Source: Octopus sinensis (Eukaryota). From it: a stretch of DNA of 64,000 nt. The notes below the pieces were generated by a model. That model had not been told where the DNA came from. It saw nothing but the letters and a program-made list of their open reading frames with translations, and ran no database searches. Location of the stretch: contig NC_042997.1 of NCBI RefSeq assembly GCF_006345805.1, positions 109,678,001 through 109,742,000 on the forward strand, written 5' to 3'. Position numbers and translations under genes: made by a program. Positions 51,320 to 63,116 of this stretch are shown here, piece by piece. Position 1 is the stretch's first letter. Every line of letters begins with the position of its first letter.

Positions 51320-52578
51320 CTCTCTCTCCCTCTTCCCCCTTTCTCTCTCGCTCTCTCTCTCTCTCACACACACACACATATACTCACTAATTCACGTATC
51401 CTTCATATATTATGATGATGGAATCAAAGACTTCTCTTCAGATGATTTGCAGGGAGTTCAAAATAATAAAATCTTCAATGCAAAACTTGAACTTAGTCGA
51501 GTATGCAGAACATTGTGAGTGTGTGTTATACGCTATATGTATTTTGCACACAACCCATGTATGCCACCGTTTTTTACAAATGATATATGTTGTATGTTAA
51601 ATGTATACTGCCGTTACACATATTGTAAGCATATATCTATAAATTTATATTACGCCGTTTCAAAAACATACAGACACATATTTTCAAAAAAAAAAAATCC
51701 CAGCGTCAGAAGTTCAAGTGATTAGTATCCTGGCGCCATACCTTCCAGATACTCCGCCTACCTATACACATACCTCACTTCGCTATCTGTCCCCACTTAC
51801 CTACCCTAACATTAAACTCACTATTGACATGATTGATGCCAATAACAGAAAACCCTAAATTTAATTAGGAACCAACGTAGTTTAATAACCGCCCCTCTTC
51901 CTTCTGGCTTACGTAAAGAGTTCATTCAATATGCTAAATGATAATAATAATAATAATATAATAATAATAATAATAATAATAATGGTGATGATGATGATGG
52001 TGATAATAATTTGTGTGTTTACTTGGGCGAAGTCATTCACAAGCAGGTGTAAACTCATTAAGCTGTAGAATTAACGATACCCGATATCACCTTAGCCTCG
52101 TTTGTAGTTCATTTAGGCCCTCGAAAATATTTCTCAGATTTTAGAGAAAACACGTGATGCGAATATATCTCTTAGTTATCATTAAGGGACGCAGTCTATA
52201 TTTCATTACCAATTACCGCTATCGACGCCGCCCCTGCCACCACCACCATCACTATTATCCCCGACAATTTTCTTCTTTTTTTTTTACTGTATTCGTTCTT
52301 AAAATTGCATTCTTTTCGTTTTATTTGGGATAAAGATTGCACAAAACTGTCAAATCTCTGATTTTCTCCCTCTCTCCGGCTCTCCCTTAAACAACAGCAC
52401 AAAAAGAATGTTTCTTGATATCAACATATTGATCTGTTCTTTGGAATCGTAATGGAACTCAAACAAACCAAGACCAACATTAGGTTCATTCCGAATTTCC
52501 TCTTCAATAATAGTCTTTTCTACTTTCTTTTTCTGTGTGAAGCTTATTCCAGTCATCTCAATATTTCCTACTTTGGCA

Positions 52579-52641
52579 GAGCGGCGAGCTGGTAGAATGC
52601 TTAGCAGTCCGGACAAAATGTTTACCGGCATTTCGTCTGTC
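52579..52641 (+). mobile_element. SINE family B head only
   Basis: GCGGCGAGCTGGTAGAATGCTTAGC...CATTTCGTCTGTC, truncated where the next repeat begins. Confidence 0.75.
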
Positions 52642-52891
52642 TAATACATGTGTGTGTATTCGTCTAATATATTGGAATAAACAGACATACTGGAATGTTT
52701 ACCAGCTGATGTCTGTCCATTTTGTATCCTCTCCACTTTCTTATTTGCCGTATAAATCAAGGGTAAATCACTCTTTTACTCCCACCCATATATAACACTC
52801 AATTGCGAGATTGCCGCGCAATAGCCAGAAGTATATTGGATAGGTACTATCCCTTAGTTGGTTTCTCAACTTCTAACTCACACAGAAATAT
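52642..52891 (+). mobile_element. Solo copy of the terminal repeat of the 14.0-14.8 kb element
   Basis: The 5' part matches the reverse complement of 14026-14145. The 3' part matches 14584-14790 (TTTTGTATCCTCTCCACTTTCTTATTTG...CTCACACAGAAATATA). Confidence 0.8.
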
Positions 52892-53482
52892 ATATATATA
52901 CGAGTGAGTGGACAAACGAAAAAAGTGCTCGCAGCCAATTTCTTGGGAGTTACATGTTTGGAACAAAACAGTTTGATTCAAATTCGTCGGTACTCTTGAG
53001 TTTCAAGTGTGATGGTAGTCGTCAATCATTTTGAATTTGAATGACAGAAGTTGATTGTTATTACCTTAAGGTGGGCTGCGATTGGTTGAGGAAGGTCACG
53101 CGGTGTCGTGGTTTGATGTTGGTATATGAGTAACAGTCAGTTGTAAAATAACGAATGGTGAATAAGAAACTGACCACGTGGAGGACAGGAGATAGGGCAA
53201 GTGACGATTAGAAATCGGTCAGGTTGTTGCGGGAAGGAAGGTAGGAAGGGGCGGCATGTGTAAGTATATAGTTCTATATGTGGGTGTGCAGACACGCTCT
53301 TGTAGTTTTGCGTGCATGCGCACATTGATGCGAGTGTGCGTATCTGTACATGGGCGCGCACGACTGCACACATATACACACACGAACATGTACCACTTTT
53401 ACCCCTCCGCAAAAAATCCCAAAGTTTATTTGATTTGCTTTGCGGGAAGGGCTGTTTCAACGAAGTCGCGTCTTGTCCTTAC

Positions 53483-53515
53483 CTTCGGAACGCGGAGTAG
53501 ACGAAACTGGGACAA
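53483..53515 (-). CDS. Candidate 33-nt frame-preserving small exon
   Basis: Acceptor TTACCCTTCTTCAG, then 33 nt, then donor AAG|GTAAGG. All three frames are open. Confidence 0.3.
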
Positions 53516-53901
53516 CTGAAGAAGGGTAATATTCCTTGTGTTGTGTGTCTTGTACTCTGTTCTTTCGTTGTTTGAAAAAATAGTTCGTTTCCATGTTTTT
53601 GTTTTTATGTTTTCGTTTCTCATTGTGTTCAACGTTTTTTTGATGTCCTGTACCCATATATGCATGTATATATACATATAGATGTAGGTATGTACATATA
53701 TGTATGTATATATGCATATATTTATATATTATTTATATTATTATATATATATGAAATTTAGTTTAATTTAATAACAGTTTGAAGCCGAGCGAGATAGGTT
53801 CGTTATACGAACCTACGAAACTTGTCATTGAACAATGTATATAACTCCAACTAAATGTGCTGAGTGCAACTTTCTTTCCTTTGACTACTCGCATATACAT
53901 A

Positions 53902-53932
<31 letters not shown>

Positions 53933-55324
53933 ATGCATATAATATATATGTTTAATGTGTGTGTGTTGTGCGTGTATTTGTGCGTCAAATTTTGTTTTTT
54001 TGGCTTCAAGTACTTCTTATAATTGCAACAATGGCTGGAGCAGAGCCAACTTCGTACGAAATGGCGTGCGTGATGTTTGTACGATGTGTATATTGCGACT
54101 TCGTTTAAATACGGCTGACATGTAGAGAAACAAAGTCACTAAAATATCAAGAAATGGTTTATTATTCCACAGAAAGAACAAACGTTCTCAACTCTTAAAG
54201 AAAAGTGACATGCAATCATTAAAAAAAAAAATGCCGGCAGAAGAATATTTTAAACTATTTTAACATAAATTTAAATAAAAAGAGCATGTAATTCTGTTTG
54301 AGTGGCATCAAAAATTAGTTATGAAAAAGTTATAAACATTTAATTAGCAATTAATTGCAGATTAAATACCCAATTAAAACAACACGAAAGAATTTGTCTT
54401 TTGTCGTCGACGGCGTCGTCTGTGGTTGTCAGATGTTTATTATTTCTTCAAGAACAATCGTTTTTTATTGATTGCATTCAAATGTATTTTGTGTTGTTGA
54501 CGAGTTTGTGTTTGTCGCGCATTTCTCTATGGAATCTGGAATGGATAAATGACTGGAATCGCTATGGAGAAGCTAGAACGGCACAATATACTTACAAACC
54601 CCTCCTCCTCCTCCTCCTACTTTTCGTTTTATATATTTTTAATATATTTTTAACAATATTTCAGTAATTTATTTATTTATCTATTTATGTACGGCATTCA
54701 TTCGCTTCCAGCGTTTTCTCTGTCTTTTAGAATTGGTTTATTTCTATATTGTGGGACGGATTAAGACATTTTTTTTTTTTATTGGAACAACAGGAAAAAA
54801 AACCTCATTCATATTTGATAGAATTTTCTTTTAGTTCAGCATAATTCTCCATCTGTGTGTGTGTTTGTGTACACGCATGAGAAGGGTGAGAGAGACGAGA
54901 CAGACAAACAAATTTTATGTAAATATTCGTTACTGCACAAATATTTCGGTAAACATATGCAAGGAAGAATTCTAAAAATGTGTTGTTCTTCTTAATCCCA
55001 CCGACGTTGACGTTGCTTTTCATCATTCCGGAGTTCATAAACAGAATACCAGTCATACCCGGAGTATGTCGATATAACCTCCTCCACCATTACTTTTGGT
55101 CATGTATTTTATGCGACAAATGATTCCCATGTAGGAAGGTTAATGAGGAACAAGAAATGCTTGGATTCAGTATAATTCATTTAACCTCTGTTGTTGTAGA
55201 CAAGAGTTTTTTTATTGGCAGGGAACCCGAAAGATGTAGACAAGAGTCTTTTATAGGAAGCAGGAAGATGTAGGATCTTAGATTAGCTGTACATGTTTGA
55301 TCTTTGACTTCTGGCCGAAATCAG

Positions 55325-55571
55325 ATCGCCATGTTGATTCGCTAGCTTCCGCACGCATATTTTTTTTCTCTCCTTCTTTCTGTGTTTTTTTTTTTTCTCT
55401 GTGTATCTTTCTGTTGAAGAGCGTAGGCTCGAAACGTTAAAGACTTGTTTCATTTATATTTCCTGAGCGCCATACTAATACAATTGTTTGTTTGTATTCC
55501 ACCTGCCTTCGTCTTTTGTTTATTTCCGTAAACCTGCCTTCGTCTTTTGTCTATTTTCATAAAGCTTCCCG
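55325..55571 (+). mobile_element. Short PLE-terminal-repeat-like element (copy 3) with the best-preserved hammerhead motif
   Basis: Aligns with copies 1 and 2 and ends in (TA)n. Internal 19-bp duplication ACCTGCCTTCGTCTTTTGT at 55501 and 55532. Confidence 0.75.
55406..55443 (+). ncRNA. Candidate minimal type I hammerhead ribozyme (A6U variant)
   Basis: Helix I TCTTT/AAAGA; core CTGTTGA plus an extra A; helix II GAGC-GTAG-GCTC; GAA; palindromic helix III ACGT; cleavage triplet GUU. Confidence 0.55.
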
Positions 55572-56011
55572 TTATATATATATATATATATATAATCTAT
55601 TGTCAAGTAGCCGACTCCCTCACCATGACCATCACTGAAGATAATTAGCACCAGGTCTTCAACTAGAATTTGAGACTGCCAATGCATGTTTGCCTTCTCT
55701 CTGGCTGAAAGACACGCCTAAGTTTTCTAAATAGAAATAAGGAAGTTTGATAAAGGAACAGAAAAGAAAAGAAAAAAAAAGAAAACCGGAGAGGAATTGG
55801 TGATATTTGTGGATTGAATAGTAAATAATAGCAAGGAATACTTTGGTAAAAAAGCAGAATAAAGATTCTTTATCCCATCCTGCCACCAGAAAGAATCGCT
55901 ACCCTTGATCTTGGCTAAGAAGAATGCTTGCTTGTCTTATTACGTTCAGCGTAGACCATTAAATGTACATCTGCATAATTTGCTTAATCAGCGCTGCTCA
56001 TCTCTCCTCAC

Positions 56012-56098
56012 CTGTCAGGTGTGAAACACAATACGAAACCCGAACCGACCAAGCTATGTTCTTTGATTGTTATTACTCTTGCGGCATTGCGATCAGGG
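56012..56098 (-). CDS. Candidate 87-nt exon (coding in one frame, or UTR)
   Basis: Donor CAG|GTGAGG. Acceptor CACACAG with a CTGAC branch-like motif upstream. One open frame, PDRNAARVITIKEHSLVGSGFVLCFTPD. Confidence 0.2.
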
Positions 56099-56425
56099 CT
56101 GTGTGTGCGTGTGTAGGTGTCAGTGTGTGTGTGTGAGAGAGATAGAGAAAGGTAAATATGTTTATGTGTGGGGAGGGGAGAAAGTTTGTATAAACTGTAT
56201 TGCCTCTCAACATAAGATGTAAAGAGAGAGAGAGAGAGAGAAGGGGGTTTGTCGGTCTGCCTGCATATGCTCAGGGTTATGTGTATCACGTGTCGTCATA
56301 TTGTTACGTGGTCTCTTTTAATATTTGTTTTATATCATCGTTTGGTTCCAGCCAGGATCATCCGGTCTGTTTTTCAGACAGTATCTAAAACTCCATTATT
56401 CAAGCCGTCCTTTCTATTAACAACA

Positions 56426-56605
56426 GGCGCAGGAGTGGCTGTGTGGTAAGTAGCTTGCTTACCAACCACATGGTTCCGGGTTCAGTCCCACTGCGTGGCA
56501 CCTTGGGCAAGTGTCTTCTACTTTAGCCTCGGGCCGACCAAAACCTTGTGAGTGGATTTGGTAGACGGAAACTGGAAGAAGCTCGTCGTATATATAATGT
56601 GTGTG

Positions 56606-56640
<35 letters not shown>

Positions 56641-56836
56641 TTGTCCCCACCAACATCGCTTGACAACCGATGCTGATGTGTTTATGTCCCCGTAACTTAG
56701 CGGTTCGGCAAAAGAGACCGATAGAATAAGTACTAAGCTTCCAAAGAATAAGTCCTGGGGTCGATTTGCTCGACTAAAGGCGGTGCTCCAGCATGGCCGC
56801 AGTCAAATGACTGAAACAAGTAAAAGAGTAAAAGAA
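56426..56836 (+). mobile_element. SINE family A, young full-length reference copy
   Basis: A-box-like TGGCTGTGTGG (56436-56446), B-box-like GGTTCAGTCC (56479-56488), CACCTTGGGCAAGTG, spacer, tail GAAACAAGTAAAAGAGTAAAAGA. Confidence 0.95.
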
Positions 56837-57515
56837 TCTGGTACACGTCAGTGAAGCGGGCCAGGCAGCATCATGCCTTTAAACGGAGTATACGGATCAA
56901 GTATCATACACAAAGGGCGATTTTTAATTTGTATAAATTGGCTGCATAATTCCATTTAGTTGTTCTTTCTAGCAGGCCAAGAGGCGAGGCAGAAGTCTCC
57001 CCCGTTGGCTCGTTGTATTTAAGTAGGCTCGATACACCTTTATAACTACCTAAATTCTCCCCAAGGAAGAAATCAGTAACGCTCTGTAAGGGGAGAAGGC
57101 TAACGTGTAATGAAGTAGGGTTGTAGCAAGAATTAAGTAAAAAGAAAGAAAAAAAAGAAAAACAAAAACACCAGTTTCACCGTCAATGTTCTTTATATAT
57201 ATTGTGCAGCAGCAGTATGGTCTACCCTGATACACACACACACACACACACACATACAAGTTTGTACAAAACCCTTGAAATACTAGGTTTTACGAAGAAA
57301 AATCTATAAGAGGCTCAGTAAAGAGTTGTTAGACATTCCTAAGATTCTTCATCTGAGATTCTTTAGGCGAATAGATGCACACACTCGGGTGTGTGGTGCA
57401 TCGACAGATCAACAAATACAGCAGCTCAACCACAAGTATTTACTTTCTTAGGAAGAACTTAGTATTCAAAGAAAAAAAATTACACATACATACCTGCATT
57501 CATACATATATATAT

Positions 57516-57912
57516 ATTCTTTTCTACTATAGGCACAAGCTCGAAATTTTGTGGGAGCGGGGCCAGTCAATTAGATTGACTCCAATACGCAGCTGGCATT
57601 TAATTTACCGACCCCGAAAGGATGAAAGGCAAAGTCGACCTCAGTGGAATTTGAACTCAGAACGTAAAGACAGAGGAAATACCTATTTCTTTACTACCCA
57701 CAAGGGGCTAAACACGGAGAGGACAAACAAGGATAGACAAACGGATTAAGTCGATTATATTGACATCAGTGCGAAACTGGTACTTATGTAATCGACCCCG
57801 AAAGGATGAAAGGCAAAGTCGGCCTCGGCGGAATTTGAACTCAGAACGTAGCGGCAGACGAAATACGGCTAAGCATTTCGCCCGGCGTGCTAACGTTTCT
57901 GCCAGCTCCCCA
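57516..57912 (-). mobile_element. SINE family B, dimeric form
   Basis: Reverse complement of the dimer with the same junction (ATACCTATTTCTTTAC). Confidence 0.9.
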
Positions 57913-58398
57913 CGCTTTACACATACGTATATTCTTTCCTAATCTTCCTCCCAGTGCACATGCACAGGCGTTTATGCAGTTTGTATCAGAAAAACCTCTT
58001 ATAGGATTTTAGTCCCACACTGCCGCTGAAGAAAGTGGTTAGGGTGTCACTGTGTAGCTTAGGTTTTACCATTTTTTTTTTTTTTGTTTCATCATGGTCT
58101 GGTGTCCATCACTGTCTTTGCGGTTGAAACGTTTTTCAAGACCGCCTTGCCTAATGATGCTGCCCCCACAGAAGTGCCACCCCCTACGAACAAAAAAGGA
58201 TCGCAAGGGGGCAAACAAAGCCCTCCGCGCACACAACAGACTGATCGGTCACAGACGGACACGCTGCGCCTTGTCTTCCTATGTCACACGATGTCCTTGG
58301 TCATCGTTGACAATGACCGACCATCTAATAATATCAAGAATGGTCAATCTGACAGATTTTGCGTACAAGTGTGTGTGTGTGTGTGTGTGTGTATGAGA

Positions 58399-58439
<41 letters not shown>

Positions 58440-58857
58440 TCAAAGACTGATGTGCACACGCTTGAGTGTATACTTGTTCGTGTATGTATATACGTTTCTA
58501 CGAGTGCATTGTATATATATTTACATATATTTATATATATATATGCGTGTGTGAGCATGCTTTTGTGTGTACGTGTATTTATGTGTGTGTATCTATGTAT
58601 GCATATATTTGTATGGTCTTCTGTTATATGTTTAAGTCGGGTGGAGTTGAGCAATTATTTTATTTATTCTCTCTCTCTTTGCTTAATGAGCAGATTTGGG
58701 GAAATTATTACGGTATCATGTGACTTTGCAATGCTATTTCCATTGAAATAACCAGAAAGAATTCTAGTTTCTTCTGTTTGAAGAGAAAAATGTGTCTTGC
58801 ATAAATTAGATTGATAAGTCTAACGCACGAACCCTTCAGCCATTCTGCTACTCATAT

Positions 58858-58971
58858 CTTCTTGTTTCAGTCATCGGACTTTAGCCATGTAGGATCGAAT
58901 CGACCCCCCAGGACTTCTTTTTCAAAGCCTAATACTTATTCTATCGGAATCTTTTGTTGAACTTACTAAGT
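58858..58971 (-). mobile_element. SINE family A tail, cut by the assembly gap
   Basis: CTTGTTTCAGTCAT...TACTTATTCTATCG, then Ns. Confidence 0.75.
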
Positions 58972-59091
58972 NNNNNNNNNNNNNNNNNNNNNNNNNNNNN
59001 NNNNNNNNNNNNNNNNNNNNNNNNNNNNNNNNNNNNNNNNNNNNNNNNNNNNNNNNNNNNNNNNNNNNNNNAAAAAACAAAACAAAAAAGT
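58972..59091. other. Assembly gap (120 N)
   Basis: Direct reading. Confidence 1.
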
Positions 59092-59138
59092 GCGGTTCAC
59101 ACACAAAATACGTCTCATAAAAACACAGCCAGACACCA

Positions 59139-59181
<43 letters not shown>

Positions 59182-59823
59182 GCGCGCACAGGTATGCACC
59201 CTATAGTGTTGTTCTGAAGAACTCCTTAGGGAGATTCCCCCTTTTTATCATAAAAATCTTTCTAAATCTCCCATTTTTATTTTCGAAATGCAATCCGGAG
59301 AAATCAGAAACTTCTGGGGTTTTTTTCTTCCTCTTGAACCAAAAACCGACGGTTCCTTCATTATGTCATTTGTTCTGCATTTATACACAAATATACACTC
59401 ACCTATTTAATCACAAACACATCCTGCATTCTGTTTTCTCTTCATTTCTCTTCCCCCTCACTTCTGGGCTGATTAACCTTCGTGGTTAATAATAAAACCA
59501 CCACCATCATCACCATCATCATCAGCAGCAGCAGCAGCATTTGTGTTGATATATTGTTATTTACTTTACTCAGCGTTACCTATTCATCCATTTTATAAAA
59601 AAATCTATCCACCAACACAAATATTTGGGGTTATTTTCCTCTTCTTTTCCTGCGTTTTCTATCCTCTTTCCACCCCACAAGCTATTACAACCATTTATAA
59701 ATTCGAACTCTTTACAATTTCGCCTCATCGTTTTCTTTTCAACCCCGCCTGTTTTTTTCTCTCTCACACTCGGCCTATTCTAAAAACTAAAAAGAAAAAG
59801 AAAAGAATATAGTGTTGCGTGCA

Positions 59824-59857
<34 letters not shown>

Positions 59858-59932
59858 CATATATACAGGCATTATATCATGTCTGTGTGTATAATATTTC
59901 ATGCATACACGTTACACGTGTTCGGTTTATGC

Positions 59933-59983
<51 letters not shown>

Positions 59984-59988
59984 CGAAC

Positions 59989-60165
59989 AGTGGTCCCGAC
60001 GCGCGCACACGCGTAGTCACGCATCCGCACTAGCTAGTCATGACTAGTCGATCCTTACTTTGTGTTTGTGTTTTATTTACTTTGCTAGGTAGTCGTTGTA
60101 GGATCGACTACCTACGACTAGCTAGCGCGGATGCGCGACTGCGCGTGTGCGCGCACTGACCGCTA
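59989..60165. repeat. CpG-rich imperfect inverted repeat between (TA)n tracts (MITE-like or structured RNA)
   Basis: Arms 60001-60057 and 60099-60154 are reverse complements apart from a few mismatches. Weaker extension AGTGGTC / GACCGCT. Confidence 0.8.
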
Positions 60166-61694
60166 GTTTTAGTAGTACCATATATAATTATATATATATA
60201 TATATATACCTTCATAAACGAGTGTGTGGTTTTATATACATGCATGTACATGTATGTATATATATATATATATATATCTGTGTGTGTGTAAAACAATGTT
60301 AAACTGTTCACTTGAAATGCTAATGAAACACTGAAGATTCTTTGACGTCCGTCGAGGCTTCCCCTCTCAACAATGATTGTTTCAACTGTGCAGCTTCCCA
60401 TGTCAGCCCTGACAACAGATTGCCAACGTAAACACTCATTTAGAGGGGTCGCCCATCACATCCATCTCTCCCCCATTCACCCCTACCTCCTCCTCCTCCT
60501 CTCTTCATTCCTGTCCATCTACATCTCTCTCTCAACCCATCTCTCCACCTAACCCTAACCCCTATACTAACCCATGAATAGACTATCTGATTGGCAGAGC
60601 TTGTCATGGTTTCGCCATTTATTTATTCAGGACAGTTTTTGTGAGCTCCCCTTCTTCCACCCCTTTACCTTCCTCTCTCTCACTCTCTTTCTCTCTCTCT
60701 CTCTCTACTCACACACACACACACATTCAACAGTTTCTACAATATACGTTTTCTTTGCTTTCGTGTTCTTTTTTTACTTTTGTCTTATTTTTTTACCCTT
60801 CTCCCTGCAAGTAAAACGTGTTATCCTTACTAATGTCCCATATACACACATACGAACACACATGAAAATGTAGGTTATATATATTTATGTGTGTGTGTGT
60901 GTGTTCGTATATTTTGCATGTTCTCCTACCACCACTCTTTCTTTCCCCACCCATCACAAACACACATCTCAAAAATAGACAAGTATTACTCACACGGCCA
61001 TCATACCAATGGGAGTGGGGGTATATAAACTCGATTGAATCGCCCCTAATTCGTGCCTCGTACAATTTTGTTTTTTTTTATATCGACCCCAAATAGATGT
61101 AAGGCAAACTTGTCGTCTGCGTGATTTTACAATCGAAACTGAAGGGTGTTATTTACAGTTCCACGGTGTACCATTTCAGTCTACTGCATTCCTTCTTTAT
61201 AAATAGATATATAATAGATTGAAATGTCTTAGAAATTCCTTTAATTGCTGACTCACAGACAAGCCTACTGCAACCATCTTTCCTCTGAAAACTTCCAAAT
61301 ATTTTTTTCTCTTTGCATTTTCGTTTTTTTAAAATAAAACAATCAACACCAACAGAAAAAAAAATGTTTTTCTCTGTCAAACAAAATATATTATGATGCT
61401 ATTTCGCAAGAAGTATCCGTACTGATCAAGCAAGCCGTTGTTCCAACCGTGACCATTCCATCTTGCGTAAAGTATTCAGATCTACGTTTGTTCTTGTGGT
61501 TAAACAGTCTGTTTCGCAAACGCTTCGTTTCATGTTCAGTCCCGCTGCACAGTAGTTCTTTGATGAAGTTGTCTTCTAGGAGTGGAAATTGTGCTGAAGC
61601 CCGACGCACACGCGCGTGTGAATTATGTGCATGCGCACGCATCTTTGCGTTTGTCCCCAGTGTATCACTGCGGGTGCTCTGTTAATATTCCTAT

Positions 61695-61830
61695 GACTTA
61701 ACTCGACAAAAAAGGCGCCAAAAGAAGTACTAGAATTCACATAAAAGCAGGGGGCCATTTTGGGCTAAACCTTTGAAGGCCGTACTCCAGCATGGGCGCA
61801 GTCCAAAGACTGAATAAAATAAGATTTAAC
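61695..61830 (+). mobile_element. Highly degenerate SINE family A tail
   Basis: GAAGGCCGTACTCCAGCATGGGCGCAGTCCAAAGACTGAA resembles the consensus tail. Confidence 0.6.
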
Positions 61831-62896
61831 GAATAAAAAAAACATATAACGCGCAAAATATAAAATATAAAAACCCCAATTTCTGGTGTTGCCTCTCAAC
61901 CTTTGACCTCTCAGTCGTGGCCCACACCTTCCCTAAGCTACACAAAATAACGATGACCTATTTGGCTGAAAATTAATTAAATTCAAATTAAATGAAGTTT
62001 AATTAATTTCAAATTAATTCTGCATCTGTCATCTTTTTTTCTGTCTGTTGTTTTTTTGGTTCTGTCTGTTGTAGAATGAGAAAGAATTAAAAGAAAAAAA
62101 TCAACAAGTGTTGAGTGAAAAACATCGATAAGAATGGTTGTTGAATGAGAGAGTTGTCTGTATTCCTTGTAGATACCCCCTCTCTCCCCCGAGAGAACTG
62201 CTACGGTGAGAAGACTGTAACACATATAGAGACTAAACAACGAACTCATCGTTGATTGGTCATCGAGCTGATCGATAGCTTATATGTCCGGCTACAATGC
62301 AGATCGATAAACTGCTAGTTTCTGTAGAATATCAAAGCGGTGGACAATGTAGGTGTGGCCTGTTGTGTAAGAGAATGGCCCGGATGTGCCGGAGAGGGAG
62401 GGGCCGTCGAAACCAGGGGTCAGTTCCAGTAGAAAGAGGTGGGTGCCCGGAGTGAGGAGGTAAAAGAAGGGGTCGTGTAGAGGTGTTTTACTTCAACTAC
62501 CTTTAATTTTCCTGAAATTACTCAAGTGCCACTAGCAACACTCTTTCCAAACCAATGGTATCACCGATCGTACCATTCTTTTAGTTGTTAGTTCTTCACT
62601 TTATTTTCTAACACCTTTCTACCACTTTCTCTGCCCCCGTTCTTAATATCTCTTTTCACTGGGGTTTGACAAATTCCTCAATTTCCTCTCCCTCGCTCTT
62701 TTACTCTCACTCTTTCCCCCCACCCCACCCACAACTATTTATCTCCCATTTAATTTGTTACTTTTATTTCCTGTAATGTACTTGTAATTCCGGTGTTATT
62801 AAATCTTGTTTATCCCACTAATGTACACCCTATTTCCTTTACTCACATACATACAAACACAGCCATAAGCATTCATACATACATACACCCATCCAT

Positions 62897-62942
<46 letters not shown>

Positions 62943-62989
62943 TCACATACAGCCTACTCCACAACGAGTCTGTTATTTCTACGGGCTGT

Positions 62990-62991
62990 GA

Positions 62992-63024
<33 letters not shown>

Positions 63025-63116
63025 CATTGTTATTATTATTATTATTATTGTTATTATTATTATTATTATTATTGTTATTGTTATTATTATTATTTTATTA
63101 TTATTATTGTTATTAT
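62990..63116. repeat. (TTA/TTG)n microsatellite
   Basis: Direct reading. Confidence 0.95.

Noticed and set aside
56426-56495. tRNA-like A and B boxes (here and in all SINE heads)
   Set aside because: No complete cloverleaf, and each continues into a SINE body, so these are not tRNA genes.
60548-60574. Telomere-like CCCTAA motifs
   Set aside because: Only one or two imperfect units inside a C-rich tract.
62280-62500. Possible PLE GIY-YIG remnant on the minus strand (GPFSYTTGHTYIVHRF)
   Set aside because: Resemblance too weak to support without a profile search.
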